From Candidatus Woesearchaeota archaeon (lineage in GTDB: Archaea > Nanobdellota > Nanobdellia > Woesearchaeales > GW2011-AR4): DNA of 64,000 nt. The DNA lies in assembly GCA_018303185.1 (NCBI GenBank), contig JAGVYR010000001.1, positions 8,461 through 72,460 of the forward strand, read 5' to 3'. Both the position numbers and the translations under genes were made by a program. Under the pieces are notes generated by a model. That model saw nothing but the letters and a program-made list of their open reading frames with translations, was not told the origin of the DNA and made no database searches. Shown piece by piece: positions 57,209 to 64,000 of this stretch (its first letter is position 1; each line of letters starts with the position of its first letter).

Positions 57209-58373
57209 CCTTTACAATCTTTTTTACGCTGTGAAGGCCGTGGTAGGCATCCTGTAATCCCTTATTTAAAGGTTTCCCCATGAGAAGATCATGCCTTAGG
57301 TGGTATACTGACAGCCTTATTATTCCGAATGAGATTACTATAAGTGAGAGAATCATCAGCGCTGCCAGTATATTGCCTGAAATCCCAAGCTCTGAAAGGT
57401 CTCCGTAGGATATCAGAAGCGACAATCCAAATATGATAATTGAAAGAAGCGTTGTAAACTCGCTTCCCGCTATAAGGAATACTGCCCCAACAACAAATGT
57501 TGCCATGAGGCCGCCAAGCGTTATGACCATGTCATTGTAGTATGAACTGCATATTATCTCTGTGTGCGGGCTTCCGAGCACATCATATATGACCGCCTTT
57601 GTATGCTCGCATCCGTAATACTGGGCTGCGATAGCATGCCCAAACTCATGCAAAGCTATGGTGCTGAGCACCATAAACCCCATGACTGATACAAGGAATA
57701 TGGCAAACCTGAAAAAGAGGGTTACGAGATGGAGTGTGCTGCTGCTTTTCCTTATTTTTAGGTCCAGGCTATGGATTCCAAGGTTTGAGACATCAAGATA
57801 AAATGACCTTACCACAAGAAACATTGCGATATTGGGCAAAAGCCACAGCAGCCTGAAAGACTCAAATAAAGTGTATGACAGCGCAATATAGAGCATGAGC
57901 ATTCCCGCATAAAACAGGCCGAAGAACCCCGCTCTTCTCAGGTGGTAATTGGAGTAAAATGCAAGGTCCACAAATGCAATAACCAGCAGAAGCGATGATA
58001 TGGCCATTGAGAAAATAAAGAAGGATTTAATGCTGAAATTTACAGCAAATATTGCAGCCATGAAGAGAAAAAGGAGGTATATGAGGTTCTTTTTTGCGGC
58101 TATCTTGTAAGATATATAGATGATTATCACGCTAGTAACAACACTTAGCACAAGGTTCATCAGGGCAAAGTCGGAGCCTGATGGCGCCAGTATTCCGAAA
58201 GCCCAGAGAAAGTTGATTACCCCCATTAAAAAATAAAAGATGCCCATGACGGCAAGGGCCCTGCTCATCTTGAATTCGGCGCTGCCCCTGCTATATAGGC
58301 TGTAAAATGAATAGAATGACAATCCTGCCACAGCTGCAAAGCTCGCTCCGTTTAAAAAAAACAGCACATCCAT
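57168..58373 (-). CDS. polytopic membrane protein with HExxH zinc-metalloprotease motif
   Basis: About 10 TM helices. ALHEFGHAIAAQYYG (HExxH) lies in the C-terminal third. Confidence 0.5.
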   Translation of the reverse strand: MDVLFFLNGASFAAVAGLSFYSFYSLYSRGSAEFKMSRALAVMGIFYFLMGVINFLWAFGILAPSGSDFALMNLVLSVVTSVIIIYISYKIAAKKNLIYLLFLFMAAIFAVNFSIKSFFIFSMAISSLLLVIAFVDLAFYSNYHLRRAGFFGLFYAGMLMLYIALSYTLFESFRLLWLLPNIAMFLVVRSFYLDVSNLGIHSLDLKIRKSSSTLHLVTLFFRFAIFLVSVMGFMVLSTIALHEFGHAIAAQYYGCEHTKAVIYDVLGSPHTEIICSSYYNDMVITLGGLMATFVVGAVFLIAGSEFTTLLSIIIFGLSLLISYGDLSELGISGNILAALMILSLIVISFGIIRLSVYHLRHDLLMGKPLNKGLQDAYHGLHSVKKIVKDEYLAFEKDGKNA

Positions 58374-58417
58374 ATTAGCCCCTCTTTTTGCCGGCAGATT
58401 TCCGGGTTATGCACCTG

Positions 58418-58966
58418 CTAGCCGCACTTAAAGCTGTTCAGCATGCTGGTGTACATTGCAAGATTTGCAGGCTCTGCTTCGGGTGAAGTCACCAATACCA
58501 CCACTATATGGCTGTCGCCGCACACAGTGCCTGACACAAAAGAGTCGATTCCCTCCCCGGCAAACTTAATCGCATAAGTGTACCATTCTTCCTGCCCGAA
58601 TTTCCTTACGCCGACTGACTTCGCTGCCTCATCTTCTGAAGTGCCTTCATTGCTGCCGGAAAAGTCAGACAGCGCCTGCTCAACTCCCAGCTCATTCAGG
58701 GGCTTGCCATTTGTGGGATTGACGGTGAATATCACAAGATTGTCGCTCTTCCTGATTGCCCAGTTATTTGGCAAATCCTTGGTTATCTGCTCCCAATCAG
58801 CAGGATAGCTAAAGGTAAAGCCGTATTCTTCGCTCTTAAAAGCGCCCGCTTCGGAGCCTTCATTTTCTGGAGAGCAGGATACAGCCAGAAGCATTATTGC
58901 AGCCAATGCAGGAAACTTAAAGCCCATTGCAAAAATCTGATTGCTGGTGCTTATAAAGTTTTCCAC
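58418..58966 (-). CDS. hypothetical lipoprotein
   Basis: Lipobox LLAVSCSP. Confidence 0.45.
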   Translation of the reverse strand: MENFISTSNQIFAMGFKFPALAAIMLLAVSCSPENEGSEAGAFKSEEYGFTFSYPADWEQITKDLPNNWAIRKSDNLVIFTVNPTNGKPLNELGVEQALSDFSGSNEGTSEDEAAKSVGVRKFGQEEWYTYAIKFAGEGIDSFVSGTVCGDSHIVVVLVTSPEAEPANLAMYTSMLNSFKCG

Positions 58967-59211
58967 AAAACGGTTAAGTAAAATATTATGCTTTTTTTAT
59001 CTTTCCTCTGCCAGCAATAATGGCGGCTGTCGTCGCTCCGCTCCTCGTCGGACATCCCGTAGGGAGCGTCCCCTGTCCGACCAGCGCCATCGTTGGCTTA
59101 TATTTTTGTCACTTAATCTTACTTAACTCCACAAAACCAAAAGGTTTATATACTGATGATACTACTATTAAGTAATAAATATATTACTTAATAATACGGG
59201 GGGATGGTTGC

Positions 59212-59835
59212 TTGAATAAGGCATGGACAGCGCTGGTTATAGTATTTCTGCTCGGATGGGCCTCATCGGAAGTATATAGCACTATATTCGGAGATGGCAA
59301 AGAAAGCGCTTCTGCCATGCCGGGATATTACTCATTTGAAGGCTTGCCCCAAGATGAATCAGATGGCATGCAGCAGATAGAAGCGCCTAAATCAAATGAT
59401 GACGCAAATATCAGAAGGTTTGACCTTCTTGAGAAGCTTCTTGCCCAGGAAAGCGAAGATGACAGGGAAAAACTGTCCCCTTATGACTGGATAAAGCAGG
59501 ACCAGATTCAGGTATATAACAACATGGTCATAATCAGGCTGAAAAATCCACAATGGGCGCGCTTCACAGACACCAAATCGATGGACCCTGTTATAGATTC
59601 CTCAAGCCATGCCTTGGAGATAGTGCCGGAAAGCGAAGAAGAGGTGCATGAAGGGGACATTGTCGCCTATGAGTCTGTATACAAGAAGGGAATCATAACT
59701 CACCGTGTCGCCAAGATTGGAAAAGACTCTGAAGGATGGTATGCAGTAATGAAAGGCGACAATAATCCGGGCAATGATCCGGGCAGGGTAAGGTTCAGCC
59801 AGATAAGAAGGGTCGTGGTTGCGGTTATTTATTAG
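59212..59835 (+). CDS. signal peptidase I, Sec11/S26B (archaeal-eukaryal) type
   Basis: TDTKSMDPVIDS (catalytic Ser box), GDIVAY, ITHRV (catalytic His) and KGDNNPGNDPG. There is an unusually long region of about 90 aa between the TM anchor and the Ser box. Confidence 0.7.
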   Translation: MNKAWTALVIVFLLGWASSEVYSTIFGDGKESASAMPGYYSFEGLPQDESDGMQQIEAPKSNDDANIRRFDLLEKLLAQESEDDREKLSPYDWIKQDQIQVYNNMVIIRLKNPQWARFTDTKSMDPVIDSSSHALEIVPESEEEVHEGDIVAYESVYKKGIITHRVAKIGKDSEGWYAVMKGDNNPGNDPGRVRFSQIRRVVVAVIY

Positions 59836-60052
59836 GGTTTTTATATTATTTTCTTAGTCTTATAACTTTGTTATTGTTGATTTATTGATTTTTATTGATT
59901 TTTTATGTTGTTTTATTGTACAGCAAAACTGCGTTTTATGTATTGTTTCTATTGATTTATTGTTTTTTATGTATTGTTTTTATTGAATTTTTTATTGGTT
60001 AAAGTTTTATTTTAAAAAGAGCCATAAATAAAAAACAAATAAAAAGGCTTGC

Positions 60053-61042
60053 CTAATTGAAGTCCTGCACAGCCCCGAAAACGATTGTGCCGTTGCATAT
60101 TCCCCCTGCTCCAAGCGGAATCTGCAGCCTCCAGAAAGTTGAGTTTGAGCTGTTGCCGTAAGTGCGGCTGAGTGTCCTCTTCGGGATGGTTTTGTCAACC
60201 ATCATAGTCTTGTTTGTAAGGTTAACCATGGTTGCGAAGGGCGTTGAATTGATTGTATCATACCTCAGGCTGCCTATGCTTATGTTGGCAGTAGACGCAG
60301 TGGGGTCGCATATCATTGAAAGGTTTTGCCCTACGCTCTCGTTCGTGCCTCCATATCCTCTTACAGTGAAATTCATTGGCACATTTCCAGCGTTTGTCAC
60401 GTTTTCCCTTATCGGCTTTGACGTCTGCGTGACTGAAAGATTGCCGAAATCAACAACAAGGTTCTCAACCTCTATTCCGAGAACCTGATTGAATGTCGCG
60501 GCCGCTGATTGGTTTGTGCTCGATAGGGCTATGTCAGAAACCGTCATGTTGCAGGACCAGCTACCGGGATTTACATAGTATTGCACCGCAAACTGGCACG
60601 TGCAAGTCCCGTTGAGATTGTTTGAATCAGGAATTGGGCTGCACGAAGACACGCCGCAGCTCCTGTTTGTATAATGCGTGTTGTTGTCATCCGCAGCAAT
60701 GGAGGAAGTGCCGGACATGAAAAGAGTTGCATTTATGCTTACCAAATCATCAAAGCCGTTGTCATCCTGGAAAGAGCCGTTGCACAAAACTGTAGTCACG
60801 TTGCCTGCCTGCAGGTCAACATTTCCGGCAGAATCGAGGGGATCAACTATCTGGACAAGATACAGGTAAGGAGGGGCATTAGAGACATTTACCCTCGCAA
60901 GAACAGTTGCGTTGGTGGTATTTCCGGCTAAAACATCAACAGCAACAAATGTTATTCCTATAAATGAGAAAGACAGCAGAAAAAGCGCCATCAGCGCGTA
61001 ATATGCAAGTTCCAGGCGTTTTCGCTTTATTCTTATTATCAT
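60053..61042 (-). CDS. secreted/surface sequon-rich protein
   Basis: 329 aa with a signal anchor and more than 25 N-x-S/T sequons. Confidence 0.5.
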   Translation of the reverse strand: MIIRIKRKRLELAYYALMALFLLSFSFIGITFVAVDVLAGNTTNATVLARVNVSNAPPYLYLVQIVDPLDSAGNVDLQAGNVTTVLCNGSFQDDNGFDDLVSINATLFMSGTSSIAADDNNTHYTNRSCGVSSCSPIPDSNNLNGTCTCQFAVQYYVNPGSWSCNMTVSDIALSSTNQSAAATFNQVLGIEVENLVVDFGNLSVTQTSKPIRENVTNAGNVPMNFTVRGYGGTNESVGQNLSMICDPTASTANISIGSLRYDTINSTPFATMVNLTNKTMMVDKTIPKRTLSRTYGNSSNSTFWRLQIPLGAGGICNGTIVFGAVQDFN

Positions 61043-61101
61043 TCGCGCTCGTTATCATTCGCATTAACAGCCAAGGCGGCCTGCTTGTGCCATTTCGGAA
61101 G

Positions 61102-61326
61102 TCATTTGAGCATCATTATTATCTGTGCCCCTTCCCTCTCCCAGAAATTCCTGCATTTCTGCTCCATGCACATCAAAAGCACGCTGGACTCAGTTTCCCT
61201 GGCGGCAAGCTTCTGCCCGCATTCCTCGCAAAGTTCCTCTTTCATTGCCATGTTGACCTCTCTCCCTGTTTTTTCCTTGTTCATGATTATTCTTGCATTA
61301 TCCTTATGCCATCTTGCCCTCTGCAT
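61102..61326 (-). CDS. small hypothetical zinc-ribbon-like protein
   Basis: CEECGQK...C...C. A weak call. Confidence 0.25.
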   Translation of the reverse strand: MQRARWHKDNARIIMNKEKTGREVNMAMKEELCEECGQKLAARETESSVLLMCMEQKCRNFWEREGAQIIMMLK

Positions 61327-61353
61327 ACCCTGTTTTGGCTCTGCTTATTGCGC

Positions 61354-62094
61354 CTATGTCAGCTCGACATAGAACCAGTAGCTTGTCGGGACCGCAGTGT
61401 CTCCGTCCTCTCCTACGACCATCTGGAAATCCGCAGAATGGCCCTGGAATCCTGTCGCATCCTGCTCAAGCAGCGCAGCGTAAATGATCTTGGTGCTGTT
61501 GTCCGTAAGTATTGTTTCATTGTACCTTAACTGGTCAGCTGCATCATTCACGTTGAGCGAGACCGCCTTACAGCCGCTGTTTTCGTCTATTGTCGCGCTT
61601 CCGACATCAAAACTTCCGGTGAATGTCAGGTTGAACGTCTCGTTCACTCCATCCACATCATTTGCATCTGCCCCGAGGCTTGCTTCAAGCTGCCCCAGAG
61701 TGACATTCTGCTCTGCTGCTGTTTTAGTGAAGTTAAAGCATCCCACATTATTCCATGTAGGCGCTGTTGAGCTGTTGACAGCGTAAATTTCTCCCTGCGG
61801 GCTCATGTCCGCCCACTGATACAGGCTGTTTCCCGCAGCATCCTCAAGCGATATTGTCCCTGTGACATTGCCGAAGAAGCCCTGCCATCTTTGGGTTGCC
61901 CTGGAAGCCGTTATTGAAAGTGATGTTACGTTTCCTGCCTGTGCCTCCTGCTGTATTGCGCTCTGGGCCTGTGCTGTCTGGCTGTCACCTCTTGTAATTG
62001 AATCCGGCCCTATGGGCTGGGCAAATGCAGCTGCACTCAGGGCGATTGCTAAAACTAATAATTCAAGCACTAGCACTTTCGCTCTCAGTCGCAT
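61354..62094 (-). CDS. secreted sequon-rich protein, FYVEL-terminus paralog family (member 3)
   Basis: Signal peptide AFA-QP, QRWQGFFGNVTGTI and the C-terminus YWFYVELT. Confidence 0.6.
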   Translation of the reverse strand: MRLRAKVLVLELLVLAIALSAAAFAQPIGPDSITRGDSQTAQAQSAIQQEAQAGNVTSLSITASRATQRWQGFFGNVTGTISLEDAAGNSLYQWADMSPQGEIYAVNSSTAPTWNNVGCFNFTKTAAEQNVTLGQLEASLGADANDVDGVNETFNLTFTGSFDVGSATIDENSGCKAVSLNVNDAADQLRYNETILTDNSTKIIYAALLEQDATGFQGHSADFQMVVGEDGDTAVPTSYWFYVELT

Positions 62095-62183
62095 TTGCTC
62101 TTTTCCCGCTGCTTCCAGTCTTTGTGTCTTATCTTGTTATCAAAAATTAAAAAATAAAATTAAAAAATCAAAAGGCTGCCTGC

Positions 62184-62933
62184 CTAGGACAGCTCTACGT
62201 AAAACCAATAAGGTGTAGATGCTACAATATCTCCGTCTTCTCCTACAATCATCTCGAAGTCTGCAGGATGGTTCTGGAATCCTGTCGCGCTCTGCTCCAG
62301 TATTGCGGTGTAGATGACGCTGTGCCTTGTCCCGTTGTCTATCAATATTGTCTCGTTGAAGCGGGCAGCGTCATAGGCATCATTCACGTTCAGTGAAACA
62401 TGCTTGCAGTCGCTTGTCAGGGTGACACTTCCGATCGTTATTGGCTGCTTAGTTGTATGGTTGAAGGTTTCATTGACTCCGTCCTCATCCAGTGCGCTCA
62501 TTCCAAGATTAGATTCCAAGGCACTTAATGTAAGTCTCTGCGCTGTGCTTGACTTAGTGTGGTTAAAACATGTCACATTGCTCCATGCCGGAGCTGTCGA
62601 GCTGTTGACTGCGTATATCTCTCCTTGGGGGACGTCATCTGCCCATTGGTAGAGGCTGTTTCCCGCGGCATCATCAAGTGCTATTGTCCCTGTGACATTG
62701 CCGAAGAAGCCCTGCCATCTTTGTGAGGCCCTTGTGCCGCTTACCAGCAGGCCCGTCACGTTTCCCCCTTCAGCCTCCTGCTGGACGCCGCCAGGTGCCG
62801 TCGCCGTCTGGCTGTCACCCCTTGTTATGCTGCTGGGGCCGATTGGATTGGACTGCGCGTACACGCCAGCGCTAAAAACAACCAATGCTATCAGGAAGAC
62901 AGCAATTTTCGCAAATTTCATTTCCATTTTCAT
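62184..62933 (-). CDS. secreted sequon-rich protein, FYVEL-terminus paralog family (member 4)
   Basis: Signal peptide VYA-QS, QRWQGFFGNVTGTI and the C-terminus YWFYVELS. About 70% identical to member 3. Confidence 0.6.
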   Translation of the reverse strand: MKMEMKFAKIAVFLIALVVFSAGVYAQSNPIGPSSITRGDSQTATAPGGVQQEAEGGNVTGLLVSGTRASQRWQGFFGNVTGTIALDDAAGNSLYQWADDVPQGEIYAVNSSTAPAWSNVTCFNHTKSSTAQRLTLSALESNLGMSALDEDGVNETFNHTTKQPITIGSVTLTSDCKHVSLNVNDAYDAARFNETILIDNGTRHSVIYTAILEQSATGFQNHPADFEMIVGEDGDIVASTPYWFYVELS

Positions 62934-63384
62934 TGTTCACCTCTCGTCGGAATTTTACTGTATTTTATTAGTATGAAATGCGGGAACGGACAGCATCATA
63001 ATTCACCAGGTATCGAGGCGTCAGATGGTTATGACCATGAATCCATTCCCGCACTAGCAGGCAAGAAAAAGAATCGGTATCGAGGCGTTCCTTTCTGCTT
63101 GCCCGTATAAGCTTAACCTGATATCACCTCTTGCTGTCCGGATATTGTTGCAGGTTCCATTTTTGTATCCAGTTCTTTGATTTAGCACCTTAGTGTAGGT
63201 TTTTGTATCCTAATTGTTCTAATAATGTAACTTATATTTAAATATTTCGTTTATTACTGTAGTTTTTTATATATTTTAGTTAATATAGTTCATTAATTAA
63301 TTAATCATTTAATTAGTATTTATAAAAAATTTCAGACGGGAAAATAGAATTCAGGAAAGATGCCCTTAAATTGCCCTAAACCCC

Positions 63385-64000
63385 TTAAGAAAGTTCCACA
63401 AAAAAATAATAGTTCCTGACAGTGCCCTGGATAGTTCCATTCACGCCCACTATCATCTGGAAATCCGTTGAATGGCCTTGGAATCCCGTCTGGTCCTGTT
63501 CGAGGATAGATGTAAAGACTATGCTGGTGTTGTCGGTAAGAATAATCTCCTTGAAGCGCTGCGTCTGGTACCCGTTATTGTCATATAAAGTCGCCATGGA
63601 GCAGTTGTCGGCATTGTTTATGGTTATATCCCCGACGGAAAAATATGATCCGTCTGTTCCGTAAGTCTGGTTGAAAGTCGCGTTTACGCTGTCATCGTCA
63701 GCCTCTTCCGACGGCATTCCCAATCCTATAAACCTGTTAAGCGCTGTAAGGTTGTATTTTTCCTCAAGGTAGTCTGCTGTAAAATTGACGCAGAATACTC
63801 TGGTCCATGTGACCGGAGTTCCGTTGGACGCATAAATCTCCCCGCTGGGGTTTGCAAGCCCCCAGTCATAAAGTGCATTGCCTGCAGCGTCCTCAAGCGT
63901 AATGCCGCCTGAAATATTTCCAGTAAATCCCTGCCATCTCTTGGTTATGCGCTGCGAGCTGACATCAAGCGAAGTTACATTGCCGCCTTCCGCTTCCTGC
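63385..64000 (-). CDS. secreted protein, FYVEL-terminus paralog family (member 5), 5' end outside window
   Basis: The frame stays open to the window edge (...KRWQGFTGNISGGITLEDAAGNALYDW...). The C-terminus is YYFFVELS. Confidence 0.5.
   Translation of the reverse strand, partial: QEAEGGNVTSLDVSSQRITKRWQGFTGNISGGITLEDAAGNALYDWGLANPSGEIYASNGTPVTWTRVFCVNFTADYLEEKYNLTALNRFIGLGMPSEEADDDSVNATFNQTYGTDGSYFSVGDITINNADNCSMATLYDNNGYQTQRFKEIILTDNTSIVFTSILEQDQTGFQGHSTDFQMIVGVNGTIQGTVRNYYFFVELS

Noticed and set aside
1-64000. tRNA/rRNA/CRISPR search
   Set aside because: I scanned intergenic regions for T-loop-like GTTCGAATC/GTTCAAATC motifs and for regularly spaced identical repeats of 25-40 bp. None were found. 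The repeats present are dispersed, not arrayed, so no CRISPR and no tRNA was called.

Overview
This 64-kb window looks like an accessory-rich chromosomal region from an AT-biased (about 40-45% GC) prokaryote, most likely an uncultivated archaeon. The archaeal reading rests on several points seen here. There are three tandem single-domain KaiC/RecA-like ATPases. There is a Sec11-type (His, not Lys) signal peptidase and an AbrB-PhoU fusion. There is a Ski2/Mtr4-like helicase carrying an LSATIPNA motif. Many secreted proteins are dense in N-x-S/T sequons. TATA-like boxes sit about 25 nt upstream of leaderless starts. I cannot prove the domain assignment without searches. Gene content from left to right: (1) a RelE/AbrB toxin-antitoxin pair beside a very AT-rich two-gene cassette of unknown function. 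(2) A metal, probably copper, homeostasis island of about 14 kb at 5.4-20 kb. It holds DoxX, CopZ, an HMA-membrane protein, DUF2892, two SHOCT proteins, rhodanese, DUF411/CopG, several Cys/Met/His-rich membrane proteins, a membrane-tethered wHTH regulator, ArsR and a CopA P-type ATPase. The island is interrupted by an intact IS5-like element with 16-bp terminal inverted repeats and an 8-bp target-site duplication, next to a HEPN/MNT module. (3) A block of housekeeping-like genes: YdeI-like, Ski2/Mtr4-like helicase, LAGLIDADG-like protein, FtsZ with an overlapping repeat protein, MsrB, DUF2062, SpoIIM-like. (4) A 10.5-kb co-directional gene cluster with overlapping genes, which is the most interesting feature. 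It encodes two RHH regulators, a 1176-aa PKD-domain surface protein, a membrane protein with tandem CBS domains, a membrane-anchored HerA/FtsK-like ATPase, a small membrane protein and three KaiC-like ATPases. The three large envelope proteins share one unusual topology: signal peptide, extracellular domain, single TM, cytoplasmic domain. (5) A DEAD-box helicase, a eukaryote-type (GT3) glycogen synthase plus GH15 and GH133 debranching enzymes, and a GAF-GGDEF diguanylate cyclase, which would be unexpected in an archaeon. There is also a DHH phosphoesterase, and a family of at least five paralogous secreted sequon-rich proteins that all end in a FYVEL-type C-terminus. Intergenic DNA is crowded with several families of short structured repeats. 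These include one MITE-like copy with perfect 15-bp terminal inverted repeats and a 9-bp target-site duplication, and a GC-rich hairpin element showing compensatory base changes, sitting just upstream of TATA boxes. I found no tRNA, rRNA or CRISPR array.
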